From IMG/VR virus record IMGVR_UViG_3300035704_000002, positions 32,001-96,000 of that record: 64,000 nt of DNA, one strand, 5' to 3'. The translations under genes and the position numbers were made by a program. The stretch comes from a virus. The notes beneath the pieces were generated by a model. The model made no database searches and had not been told where the DNA came from. It saw only the letters and a list, made by a program, of their open reading frames with translations. This document shows positions 9,245 to 18,557 of this stretch, piece by piece; the first letter of the stretch is position 1; each line of letters starts with the position of its first letter.

Positions 9245-9273
9245 TTGTCAAGCCTAGATAGCTAGGCTATACT
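9245..9273 (+). promoter_or_regulatory. Repeated phage promoter/operator, best consensus copy
   Basis: TTGTCA-agcctagatagctaggc-TATACT; AGCCTAG-N4-CTAGGCT palindrome. Confidence 0.85.
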
Positions 9274-9301
9274 CGGGTTATACCGACGCCGAGGAGTCCC
9301 G

Positions 9302-9616
9302 ATGCCCCGTATCACCTGCGGAAACTGCCAGAACACCCACCACTCTGTTGACGCTGTTCGTCGCTGCTACGCCGGCACGGCCTGGGCCTGCACCTGGCTG
9401 CTGGAACGGTGGGGCGAAGACGGCATGTACGTGGTCGAATGCGGTGCCCTGGCCTGGGAAGATGAGCGCGGCTACGGATGCGAAGCAGGTCATAGCCACG
9501 TCTACGCCGAGGTGCGTGACGCCGAAGGCTGGGACTACGCCAGCGACGCCGAAGAAGCTCAGCTCATGCGCCGCAACGGCCTGGACGCCGTCGGTCCGGA
9601 CGGCGGTTCCATCTGA
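9302..9616 (+). CDS. Small Zn-binding phage protein
   Basis: SD GAGGAG; CGNC...H...C and C..C..CEAGH. Confidence 0.7.
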   Translation: MPRITCGNCQNTHHSVDAVRRCYAGTAWACTWLLERWGEDGMYVVECGALAWEDERGYGCEAGHSHVYAEVRDAEGWDYASDAEEAQLMRRNGLDAVGPDGGSI

Positions 9617-9640
9617 CTGAGTCGGACACACTCTGTTACA

Positions 9641-9679
9641 ACAGCAGCCCCGCCGGGTACCTACCGGCGGGGCTGCTGT
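9641..9679. terminator. 16-bp perfect hairpin between convergent genes
   Basis: acagcagccccgccgg...ccggcggggctgctgt. Confidence 0.8.
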
Positions 9680-9681
9680 GC

Positions 9682-10022
9682 TGTCTCGTCTCGGCGTGGG
9701 CGCGGACCCAAAACGAGACGCCGACCGAGATCACCGTCTCGGTCGGCACTCAGCGTGTCTCGCTCGCGGCGAGACGTGCACCGAGACACCGAGCGAGAGA
9801 CGTCTCGCACCGAGCGAGACGCCGAACGAGAATCCCCACCCCCGCGCCACGCGCCGCGCCGGCTCGCGACGCGGCATCGACCGAGACGGCGTCTCGCTCA
9901 CGACTGCGCCGGAGGGTTGCTGATCGCGTTGGCGAACACACCCGGCGCCTGCCCCGGCGCGGGGCGAGACGAGACGGTAGCCGGCACCATGGGGGCGTTG
10001 TTGATGAGCTTGTCTCGCTCGT
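9682..10022. repeat. CGAGAC repeat cluster 2 (both orientations)
   Basis: More than a dozen CGAGAC/GTCTCG units. Confidence 0.8.
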
Positions 10023-10488
10023 CCCCGGCCGCCCGCATCGCCGTGATCGCCTGGTGCCGATCGTCCAACAGCAGGCTGCGCCGCCGCACCATCGTCCACG
10101 CGGCGAAGCCGCCGATCGCCAGCATCGCCAGCCCGACGACGCCCGCGATCGTGCCCCACGAGCTGACCGCCATCACCAGCAAGAACAGCCCGAACAGCAC
10201 CATCAGGATGCAACGGACGAAACGGCCAGGGCGGAACTGGGTCAGGTCACGGTCGGCGCACTGCACCGCGTAGCTCGCGTTGACCACGCGCTGATCCAGC
10301 TTGCGCAGCGCGGGCGCGCGATCCTGTATCGCGAACAGCCTCCGGGTCATAGTGTCGATCTCGCCCTGGAACCGCGCGCAGTTCGCGCTGTCGGCCGCCT
10401 GCGCGTCGCGCAGCACCTTCGCTTCGATGATCCGCGTGCGCAGAGTCTGCACCTGCTCGTCGTAGAGATCCGGTTCGTCGTCTGTCAT
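9898..10488 (-). CDS. Coiled-coil two-TM membrane protein (possible spread protein)
   Basis: SD GAGGAG; TM pair; downstream of the TraB-like gene. Confidence 0.65.
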   Translation of the reverse strand: MTDDEPDLYDEQVQTLRTRIIEAKVLRDAQAADSANCARFQGEIDTMTRRLFAIQDRAPALRKLDQRVVNASYAVQCADRDLTQFRPGRFVRCILMVLFGLFLLVMAVSSWGTIAGVVGLAMLAIGGFAAWTMVRRRSLLLDDRHQAITAMRAAGDERDKLINNAPMVPATVSSRPAPGQAPGVFANAISNPPAQS

Positions 10489-10536
10489 GGCTCCTCGCTC
10501 TGTCACTGTGGGTGGTGGTGTCCGGGGGGTAATCGG

Positions 10537-10648
10537 CTCACTCACTCACTCACTCACCGGTGTGGCAGGGCGGGGTCGTCGCCCGTAACACCCGGTCAGA
10601 CCCCTACGAGGGGGGCCTGTCGGTGAGTGAGTGAGTAGGTGAGTGAGT
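10537..10648. repeat. Inverted (CTCA)n / (TGAG)n arrays
   Basis: (CTCA)5 at 10537-10556; 15-bp perfect inverted arms at 10545-10559 and 10621-10635. Confidence 0.85.
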
Positions 10649-10657
10649 TGACATTGG

Positions 10658-13063
10658 TCACTCGTTGTCACTCCCTGTGGTGTTGCTGTTCACGGTGTCG
10701 TACACCCGGCCGGGCAGCCCGTACCGGTCGCTCTCGTCCTTGGTCAGCCGGCCGGAGTCGACCAGCTTGCGCAGCAGGTTGTAGACAGCGATGTCGTTGT
10801 CCACCGCGTCACCGCATCCGCGCAGCGCCGCGATCAGCTCGGCCGACCGCATCGGCACCGTCATGGCATCCAAGATCGCCAGGATCGCCTCTGTCCGCGT
10901 CGGCTTCGTCGCGCCCGGCCTGCCCTGCGCCACCGTGGCCGGCGAGGGCCGCTCGCCGTCGCCTGTCCAGTTGGTGCGCGCGCCGGACGGATCGAGCACA
11001 ACCGGCGCTGCGGTGCGCGGGGAGACGGGCACCGCGTCCTGGACCGCGTCGGCCGGCACGGCATCCTCCACCGGCTGTTCACCGCCGACCGTGTAGCCGG
11101 CCGGGTCGGCGAGGAAGCGGCGGAACTCGATCAACGATCCGAACTCGTTCGCGATCGCCTCCACGAACCCGCGCTGCTCGAACGGCGACATGCCGGCCAC
11201 GTCAACGCCGCCGACCCGCGCCGCCTCCAGCACCTCGACCACGTTCAGCGGCTCCGGTCGGCGCATGGTCGACTCGCTCATGGACGCGACCGAGTTGCCG
11301 CCGGTGTAGGCCAGGAACTCCGGCGTGACTCGCTGGTGTCGGTGGGCGTACGCCGGGCCGGCCGCGCGGGCCGATTCGGCGTCCAGCGGCCGGCGGAAGT
11401 GGCGACGCGACCAGGACACGTCCGCGATGGTGAGGCCGTCGTGCAGCCGTCGTTTGGTCGGATCGACCTCCTGGATGTAGGGCGCCTTGACCAGTTGTGG
11501 CCCTTCCTCGCCTTCCTCGCCACCGCCGTTGAGCCAGAACTCACCTTTCTGATGCGGCATGGGCAGCCGGTAGTCACCCATGAGACGGCCGATCGTGGCC
11601 TGGTCGCTGATCTTGAACGCCGTTGTGAACCCGGTCTGCGCGGCGATGTCGCCACCCCGGTCGCCGAGCTGGTCGTTCGTGTCGCGTTGCGTGGCGTAAT
11701 GCAAAAAGCAGTTCGCCGAGCCCGCACCCTGGCCGATGTTGCCACCCATGTCACTCATGGTGACCGGCTGGCCGTCGTAGACGTCCAGCACCATCTTGTT
11801 TTTCAAGGCGAAGCTGGCCTCATCCATGATGCAGATGATCGTGGGCCAGCGACGCTGCGACATCGACACGGCCTGCCGATAGCGGGCCACGTTCATCAAC
11901 GAGATCATCATGGCCAGCGTGTCCTCGGGGCCACGCGCGACCCAATCGAAAGGCGGGTCGAAATCAGTCCCCAGGTACACCTCCAGCCACGCCGCCACGA
12001 GGTCGTACAGCTTCTCCGTTCCGCAGATCCAGATCACACAGTTGTCCAGCTCGAAGTCGTTGCCGGCGCACGCTGTCATGAACGCCAGCAACGTGTGGAT
12101 AAGCGATGTCTTGCCGCTGCGTGTTTTGCCGATGTGCTGGCCGTGCTGGGTGAGCAGCAACTGCACCGGCTTGGTGTCGATGCCGTAGCCGCACACCGCC
12201 GGCCGGCTGATCTGCTGCTGAACGCGCGGATCGTGATACGGGTACAGACGGCCCATCACGTCCTCGATCACCGTGGTGATCGAGTACAGGCCGGCCGCCG
12301 GCAGCTTGCGTACCCCGACGAACCGCGACTCCAGTTGCACGCCGATCTGCTCGGACAGCGCGATCGCGATCGGCTCGGCCGCGTCCGGCGGCACGACAGC
12401 CTTGTTCGCGCCGTCGGTGGCCAGCCGGGACGCCGGCACACGCACCTGGAACGCGACACCGAACACCCGCGCCGCGTCCCTGATCGGCTCGCCGCCCACC
12501 ATGACCAGCCAGCCCAGGCCAGCCGAGGCCAGGGCCGCCATCATCACCTGCTCGTCATGCGAAAGGTCAGCCCAGTCGCGAGTGCGGGCCAGCGTGCGCA
12601 CCCGGTCGGGCTCCACTTCGCCGACCGGACGCACCATCACCTCGGCGCTCGGTGCGTCCACGGGTGCCGGCGTTACGGCCGGCGTGGCGCGACGTAGCCG
12701 GAACCAGTGCAGGTGCAGCAGGTGCGACACCCCGATCTGGGTGGCCACCACCACACAGACCAGCGCCAGCCACTGCAACCACCAACCGGCGCTGGTGACC
12801 ACCAGCACCATCGTGGTCGCGGCGTAGGCGGCGACCGCGCCGCCGATCCACCACAGCGCCGCGCGCTGCACGTCTTTGCTCCAGTTCTCACACGGCTTAC
12901 TACGCCGCACGCCGTGCGTACTGATCAGCAACGCCAGGCCGGCCAGCACCACGATCACGACGGCGGTCGCGGCCACGGAGGCGTGCAACAGCACCGCCAG
13001 TAGTCCCGTCACAGCGGTGAGCACGCCGGCCAAGGCGGCGTAGAAGACCTTGAAAGACACCAC
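10658..13063 (-). CDS. TraB-like FtsK/SpoIIIE DNA translocase
   Basis: Four N-terminal TMs, Walker A GKTRSGKT, Walker B IMDEA, ATQR, C-terminal winged helix; SD GAGGAG. Confidence 0.8.
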   Translation of the reverse strand: MVSFKVFYAALAGVLTAVTGLLAVLLHASVAATAVVIVVLAGLALLISTHGVRRSKPCENWSKDVQRAALWWIGGAVAAYAATTMVLVVTSAGWWLQWLALVCVVVATQIGVSHLLHLHWFRLRRATPAVTPAPVDAPSAEVMVRPVGEVEPDRVRTLARTRDWADLSHDEQVMMAALASAGLGWLVMVGGEPIRDAARVFGVAFQVRVPASRLATDGANKAVVPPDAAEPIAIALSEQIGVQLESRFVGVRKLPAAGLYSITTVIEDVMGRLYPYHDPRVQQQISRPAVCGYGIDTKPVQLLLTQHGQHIGKTRSGKTSLIHTLLAFMTACAGNDFELDNCVIWICGTEKLYDLVAAWLEVYLGTDFDPPFDWVARGPEDTLAMMISLMNVARYRQAVSMSQRRWPTIICIMDEASFALKNKMVLDVYDGQPVTMSDMGGNIGQGAGSANCFLHYATQRDTNDQLGDRGGDIAAQTGFTTAFKISDQATIGRLMGDYRLPMPHQKGEFWLNGGGEEGEEGPQLVKAPYIQEVDPTKRRLHDGLTIADVSWSRRHFRRPLDAESARAAGPAYAHRHQRVTPEFLAYTGGNSVASMSESTMRRPEPLNVVEVLEAARVGGVDVAGMSPFEQRGFVEAIANEFGSLIEFRRFLADPAGYTVGGEQPVEDAVPADAVQDAVPVSPRTAAPVVLDPSGARTNWTGDGERPSPATVAQGRPGATKPTRTEAILAILDAMTVPMRSAELIAALRGCGDAVDNDIAVYNLLRKLVDSGRLTKDESDRYGLPGRVYDTVNSNTTGSDNE

Positions 13064-13109
13064 GGCGAACTCCTCTCGGGTAGACGGGACTACTGGCGGC
13101 GGTGAGGCA

Positions 13110-14807
13110 TCAGGAGCGCGAGCTGACGAGATTGCGCAGCGCGGCGTAACCCCTGGCCAGACCATTCCGCGTCTCGGCGGTCCGCTCCAGGTTGGTGGCC
13201 TCCTGGTTCAGCCGGTCCGCTGCCGGCGCCATGTCGGGCACGCCGGACAGTCGACCGGCCTCGGCCCGCGCGTCCCGTGCCTGCTCGGTCAGGTTGCGGG
13301 CCGAGCTGACGGCGGTGGACTCGGCGGTCGAGTAGGCGTCCGTGCGGGTCGCGGTGGTGGAGGCGTCCTGGATCGGAGTTGCGGTTCCCATGGTGTTACT
13401 CCCTGTGTGTGCGGTACCCGCTGGTGCGGGCGATGCTGGTAGTGCTGTTACCGGCGTCCAGTGGGTGCCGGTCCATCGGTGCCCGGTGGTGGGCGGGTTC
13501 GGGATGACCTCGGCGTTCACGATGTTGCTGATGCCGGGAACGCTTCGGGCACTGGGCGGGTCGGGCGTGTAGACGCGGTGGGGCGGTAGCGTCACCGTGG
13601 TGGTCGGTGCCGGCCCACCCTGGTCACCGCTTGGCGTGGTGGCGTTGCGTCGCCTGTTCCACCACCGCTGCCTCGGTGGTGCTGCCGGTGGCGGCGGCGG
13701 TCCGGCCAGCGGGATGCCGGCCGGCATCGGTGGCGGCGGCGTGGTGGGACTGGTGCTCGCGTTGGTGCTGCGGCGCTGCCACCACCGGCGCTTCGTCGGG
13801 CCGGCGGAGGCGTTGCCCGTGGGGCTGCTCGAGGGCGGTGTCGCCTTGGGGCCGGGGTTGACCTTGGTGCTTGGTGGTGTGGTAGCGGCGTTCGTGCCGG
13901 CGTTGTTACCCCTGGTGCCCTTGGTGCTCCACGGCCAGCGACGCCCGCTACCGGGTGGCGTCGTGGTCGCGGTGGAGTTGGTGCCGTTGGGCCCCTTGCC
14001 GGTCGGGCTGTTCGGCGTGGTCGCACCCTTGCCGGGGCCACCGCCCGGACCGCCGTTGGCACCGGGGTTGACCGTGTTCTTGGTGCTCCATGGCCAGCGG
14101 CGCCCGGTGGGCTTCTTCTCCGGTGTGCCCGTGGGCGAGCCGGCGCTGTCGGGCTTCTTGATTGTCGGGTTCTTGCCGGTGGGATCGGTCGCCTTCTTGC
14201 CGGCCTCCGGCTTGTCGGCCGCGTTCTTCCTCGTGCTCCACGGCCAGCGGCGACCGCCCGACGGCGCACCCTTCGGCCCGGCGCCCGGTCCACCGGGGCC
14301 GGACCCTCCTGGGCCGTTGCCGGGAGTGCCGCCCGGCGACCGCCGATTGCGGTCGAAGGGCCACAGGTGCCGGCGGTTGTGTTCGCGCGCGGCGTTCTTC
14401 TCCGGGTTCTTGGCGTTCTTCTTGGCCGCCGCGTCGCCACCGCGTCGACGATGCAGCCACCGGCGCCACAGGTGGATTAGCAGGGCGGCCAGGATCAGGG
14501 CGAGTAGGAACAGGGCGGCCATCGGGGACATCCTCCACAGCGCGATGAGCAGAACCAGGACGACAGCGCTCACCAGGACCAGCGCCAGGTGGTTGCCGTG
14601 CACGCCCGACTTCGCCGTGTCGGCGGTCTCGCCGGCCTTCGTGTCGCTCGTACTGGGCTTCTCCGTCGGGCTGGCCACCGTGGTGTCGGTCGACGGCTTG
14701 GGTGTTTCGCCGCTCGTCACGGCCGGCTTGGCGGCTTTCTCACCCTTCGTCGCCGGCTTGGGCGGTTCGCTGGGCGGTGGCGCGCTGGTGAACACGTTCT
14801 CTGCCAT
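13110..14807 (-). CDS. Membrane protein with Pro/Gly-rich linkers and RRWPW repeats
   Basis: TM pair then repeated GRRWPWSTK-like units; in transfer operon. Confidence 0.7.
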   Translation of the reverse strand: MAENVFTSAPPPSEPPKPATKGEKAAKPAVTSGETPKPSTDTTVASPTEKPSTSDTKAGETADTAKSGVHGNHLALVLVSAVVLVLLIALWRMSPMAALFLLALILAALLIHLWRRWLHRRRGGDAAAKKNAKNPEKNAAREHNRRHLWPFDRNRRSPGGTPGNGPGGSGPGGPGAGPKGAPSGGRRWPWSTRKNAADKPEAGKKATDPTGKNPTIKKPDSAGSPTGTPEKKPTGRRWPWSTKNTVNPGANGGPGGGPGKGATTPNSPTGKGPNGTNSTATTTPPGSGRRWPWSTKGTRGNNAGTNAATTPPSTKVNPGPKATPPSSSPTGNASAGPTKRRWWQRRSTNASTSPTTPPPPMPAGIPLAGPPPPPAAPPRQRWWNRRRNATTPSGDQGGPAPTTTVTLPPHRVYTPDPPSARSVPGISNIVNAEVIPNPPTTGHRWTGTHWTPVTALPASPAPAGTAHTGSNTMGTATPIQDASTTATRTDAYSTAESTAVSSARNLTEQARDARAEAGRLSGVPDMAPAADRLNQEATNLERTAETRNGLARGYAALRNLVSSRS

Positions 14808-14811
14808 GGGG

Positions 14812-15024
14812 TTACCCGAATGCCTTACTGATGCCGTTGGTGATCTTGGCGATGAGATCGATCAGCGCGGTGACGAGCCCCTTAACCAGGCTCACAATCT
14901 TGAGGATGAGGCCGCCGATCATGTCGGCGACGCCGGCCGGGTCGTGGGCCACCCAAGCGATAAGAGTGATCACCGCAGTCCAGAAGACCAGGACCCACAT
15001 CCAGTGAAACAATGTTCGAGTCAC
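14812..15024 (-). CDS. Small membrane protein (spread/pilin-like)
   Basis: Hydrophobic 70 aa; SD AGGAGG; GTGA overlap. Confidence 0.7.
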   Translation of the reverse strand: MTRTLFHWMWVLVFWTAVITLIAWVAHDPAGVADMIGGLILKIVSLVKGLVTALIDLIAKITNGISKAFG

Positions 15025-15860
15025 TGCCCACTCGCCTCCTTGCGCTGGTCTTCCCAGGCGCGGCGGACGCCGCGTCCGTAGTTGCGAGTTCCGAACTCCT
15101 TGTCCAGGTCGGCGCCAGTGGCGCCGGGGTTCTCATCCAGGTAGGCCAACATCTGCGCGCGGCGCGAGGCACCGGCCTGAATGGCCAGCACATTTCCGCG
15201 TGCTGCGATGGAAGCCGACGCGCCCGAGGGAATGGGCGTGGCTGCCTCGGGGAGCAGCTTGCGGGACACCTCGGGCGCGTCGACGGCCGGTGCGGTCGCG
15301 ACGGGGGATGCCTTGGCCACGTCGGTCCGCTGAGGGGTGGTCTTGGATGGGCGCTTACTACCGGAACGCCGGGTGATTACAAGAGCTGCTTTGGTGCTGG
15401 ATCGCTCTACGGCGATCAGCGCGGCCAGGTGCACGATGGCAGCCAGGCTCAGCGATGGCAGGCCGCCCACGGCCAGGCGGAGCCAGAGTGGCGCCATTTG
15501 CCCCTGCGGCACGGTGATCGCAAGATGCAGCGAGGCGCCCAGAAAACTCAACACCATGTCGGCGACCGTGATGAACGCGGCGTAGCGGCGGATTCCGGCA
15601 CCGAATCGAGTCGAGAGCCACACGCGGGTGCACACCACGGCCGACATGTCGGTGGCCACGGGCAGCACCCAGGCCAGCTTGCCTGACACACCGGCGAGCA
15701 CCGCTGTGTCGAACAGGCTGCGGGCGGAGAACGCTGCAACCGCAAGGCCGACCACGGCGATCCCGACCAGCGCGAGCAGGTCGACACCAGGCGCATCGCT
15801 GCGCGTATCCGCCCGTGGCGATACGTCCGGTGTGGTGGTCGGCGGAGTATTCATCCGCAT
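15021..15860 (-). CDS. DUF2637/Spd-like four-TM protein with C-terminal HTH
   Basis: FSARSLFDTAVLAG..LAWVLPVATD pattern; PGATGADLDKEFG. Confidence 0.75.
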   Translation of the reverse strand: MRMNTPPTTTPDVSPRADTRSDAPGVDLLALVGIAVVGLAVAAFSARSLFDTAVLAGVSGKLAWVLPVATDMSAVVCTRVWLSTRFGAGIRRYAAFITVADMVLSFLGASLHLAITVPQGQMAPLWLRLAVGGLPSLSLAAIVHLAALIAVERSSTKAALVITRRSGSKRPSKTTPQRTDVAKASPVATAPAVDAPEVSRKLLPEAATPIPSGASASIAARGNVLAIQAGASRRAQMLAYLDENPGATGADLDKEFGTRNYGRGVRRAWEDQRKEASGQ

Positions 15861-15916
15861 CCCCTCGGGCTATGGCGATCATGGGCCAAGTGTCGCTAGA
15901 CTGAAGATCGTAATAG

Positions 15917-16044
15917 GTGTAGATGTTTGCTTCGACCGACAATACCATCGACAGCTACGAACGTCTACAACTTCACTCTCCACCGCGTTTCGCAGATCAA
16001 CGAACTTGCCCTCCGCTAGCGAGGACTCAAACAAACGTCTACAC
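15917..16044. promoter_or_regulatory. Candidate GntR operator boxes
   Basis: AAC(G/A)TCTACA core at 15917-15928 (inverted), 15959-15970 and 16033-16044; GTCTACAC fits HutC-type GT-N-TA-N-AC. Confidence 0.65.
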
Positions 16045-16057
16045 TTTTGGAGTTCAC

Positions 16058-16888
16058 ATGGCCGCTCTCACGCTCAAGCAGCGCATCGCGCAGGAACTGC
16101 GTCTGCTCATCCACCTCGGCGGCACCACGATCGCCGATCCGGCAGAGCCGAATTCCGATCTTCGTGACCGGTTCGGCCCGGTGATGGCGGGCGATACCCT
16201 GCCCTCCATCCGCGAACTCCAGGAGCACTACGACGTCGCTCGCGACACCGTCCGTGACGCGATCAGCGTGCTCGTGCACGAGGGGCTCGTCATTCCGCGC
16301 CGAGGTATCGGCACAGTGGTTCGCGACATCACGCCGGTGGTGGTGCCGTACAACCCAGACGCGCCTTCCCAGACCTGGCAGGAAATGATGGGCGCCGATG
16401 CTGTCGACCAGGTGATCACCGTTGAGTGGGAAGCAGCCGATCCGGAGACTGCGCAGTGGCTCGGTGTCACGCCCGGCGCGTCCGTGCTGCACCGCCTACG
16501 GCATCGTGGCCTGGCCGGCGTGATCGTGCAGACCCACCACCAATGGATCGTGGGAACGGTGGTGGATGACATTCGTACCCGCGTCGGCGTGGATCTGTCC
16601 GACCGGCGCACTCCGTTGTCAACGGACCTGTTCGTACTGATGGCGCAGGCCGGGCACCGCCTGAAGGAGACCGTCGAAAATGTGTCCTCTCGGATGCCTG
16701 ACGCCGATGAGCGGGAGTTGATGGACATCCCACTCGGTGTGCCGGCCACGGTGGTGAACCGGGTGACGCCCGAGGTGACCGGCGAACCACTGGAGGTCAG
16801 CCAGATCGTGGGTGCAGGCGATCGGATGGTGTACTCGTATCGGATGCCGATCGCCAAGCGGCTGCCATCGATTCCTACGGATAGGTAA
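16058..16888 (+). CDS. GntR (HutC/UTRA) repressor, KorSA/TraR-like
   Basis: GDTLPSIREL..YDVARDTVRDAI..L..EGL..RRGIGTVV plus UTRA-like C-terminus; divergent from transfer genes. Confidence 0.9.
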   Translation: MAALTLKQRIAQELRLLIHLGGTTIADPAEPNSDLRDRFGPVMAGDTLPSIRELQEHYDVARDTVRDAISVLVHEGLVIPRRGIGTVVRDITPVVVPYNPDAPSQTWQEMMGADAVDQVITVEWEAADPETAQWLGVTPGASVLHRLRHRGLAGVIVQTHHQWIVGTVVDDIRTRVGVDLSDRRTPLSTDLFVLMAQAGHRLKETVENVSSRMPDADERELMDIPLGVPATVVNRVTPEVTGEPLEVSQIVGAGDRMVYSYRMPIAKRLPSIPTDR

Positions 16889-17115
16889 AAGCAAAGGGAT
16901 TCCGATGGGCGACTACTGGACCCAGGCACATACCCAGGCCATCAAGCCGGCCGGCGCACCCGTGCCGGCCATGTCGTCATCTACGCCGTCGGCCTCGTGT
17001 TGACCGTGGCAGGCGCATCCGAAACGCTCGGACTGCGCCTCCCGTGGCACCACCGGCTGGATCACCGTTGGATTGCGGGCGGACTGGCCGCCACCGCGAC
17101 TGGTGAGGTGCCCCG

Positions 17116-17472
17116 ATGAGAATCGTGGGTATCGCCTATTGCGCCCAGGCCAGCCCGAGATTGAGCGCACGCGGCTGGGTCGCGCCGCTCGATCTCGGTT
17201 ACGCCCTGCTCGACTTCAACTTCACGCGACAGGTCGGTCCTGTCGACATCCTGATCAGCACCGAGGGCACCATCACCGCCAGTATCGACATCGGACCGCC
17301 CCCCGAGACTCCTGATGACTTTCTGCGCTGGAACTTGTACGCCGCGCACCCCACGCTGGCCGTGGGTTACAGCGAGAAGCCAAACCGCCGGGAACCGCTG
17401 ACACTGGTCCGGGTGTCCCTGGTACGCATCAACGCGAACCCGGACACCCCCCCCTGGATAGTGGAGGGCTGA
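17116..17472 (+). CDS. Hypothetical protein
   Basis: SD GAGGT. Confidence 0.55.
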   Translation: MRIVGIAYCAQASPRLSARGWVAPLDLGYALLDFNFTRQVGPVDILISTEGTITASIDIGPPPETPDDFLRWNLYAAHPTLAVGYSEKPNRREPLTLVRVSLVRINANPDTPPWIVEG

Positions 17473-17477
17473 GTTCA

Positions 17478-18041
17478 TCACCGCGTGCCGCTCGCCTCGA
17501 TCATGGCCACCGTCACCGCCAGCACATCGTCCAGACTGGAATACACCGGCATGCCCGGTCGCGCGAGTTGGCACAACATGTGCACGTCCGCCTCGCGCGG
17601 ATAGTCCGGGTGCGCACCCGCCGCGATGAGACGCCCCTCGCCCAACGCCTGCCCCAGCTCGAACATCGCGATCGGTTGCGTCGTCACCGAGGCATCGCAC
17701 GCCGGGAACCAGAACAGGGTGACCGCCGCCAGGTGCAGGTGGTGCTGTTCCCAACTGACCTGCTCCCAACTCGCGCTCGGATCGCCGATGGGAAACGAGG
17801 CACGATGCGGGTTCAGGATCACCACCGGCGTCGCGCCGGTCAGCACCTCGATCGCGCGGGCATGCCAGCGCTCGGCGACACCGGTGATGCCACCCGCGAG
17901 AAACACGGCCGGCGCGTCACAGCGCTGAGGCCGGTAGTAGGTGGGCGCCTCGAAGTACAGGTGCTGGGCGCCGCCACGAAACGGCGCGGCCGGCACATGG
18001 TGCGCGCTGGGCCGCCTGGCGGCACTGATCGCGGTGTTCAT
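17478..18041 (-). CDS. Nucleoside 2-deoxyribosyltransferase-like protein
   Basis: VFLAGGIT..W, ILNPHR, QVSWE..HL, LFWFP, FELG. Confidence 0.85.
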   Translation of the reverse strand: MNTAISAARRPSAHHVPAAPFRGGAQHLYFEAPTYYRPQRCDAPAVFLAGGITGVAERWHARAIEVLTGATPVVILNPHRASFPIGDPSASWEQVSWEQHHLHLAAVTLFWFPACDASVTTQPIAMFELGQALGEGRLIAAGAHPDYPREADVHMLCQLARPGMPVYSSLDDVLAVTVAMIEASGTR

Positions 18042-18475
18042 GACGCCCGCTCCACGACCGGCTCACTGACGTGGTGGTGGGTCAGGCGTACGCCGTGGCC
18101 GGCCAGCGCGAGCCGTTCGGCGATTACCTCGGCCAGGGCGACGCTGCGGTGGCGGCCACCGGCGCACGCCAGGCCGATCCGCACCGGCCGCGACCGGCCC
18201 AGGCTGTCCAGCAGCGCCAGCGCGGTACCGACCAGGTAGCCGGCGAGCGCGACGGCGCCGGGCGTGGCCAGCACGTGCACCCGCGTCGCGAGGTCGCGCC
18301 CGGTGGACTGGCGCATCTGGGGCGAGGTATGCGGATCGCGTAGGAAGTCGCGCAGGTCGATCAGCAGGTCGTAGTCGCCGGGCGCGCCGTGTAGGTGTCC
18401 GAACGACTCGACGTGCACATCGGTGTCGCGCACCGTCGCCAGGGCGATGACGATGGGTGTCGTAGCGGGGCTCAT
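18038..18475 (-). CDS. RapZ C-terminal-domain-like protein
   Basis: SFGHLHG, DLRDFLRDPH, CAGGRHRSVA. Confidence 0.85.
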   Translation of the reverse strand: MSPATTPIVIALATVRDTDVHVESFGHLHGAPGDYDLLIDLRDFLRDPHTSPQMRQSTGRDLATRVHVLATPGAVALAGYLVGTALALLDSLGRSRPVRIGLACAGGRHRSVALAEVIAERLALAGHGVRLTHHHVSEPVVERAS

Positions 18476-18557
18476 GTCTCCACTTCAGCGGGCCATCAGG
18501 CCGCTGACCAGGCGTTTCCCGTTCCGCACCGCGTTGGAAACTGGAAACCCGGACAAA

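Noticed and set aside
8777-10022. CRISPR array
   Set aside because: Repeats are short and irregular, with no constant repeat-spacer period and no cas genes
10658-13063. Terminase large subunit
   Set aside because: N-terminal TM helices, FtsK-type motifs and winged-helix end fit TraB; no terminase nuclease domain
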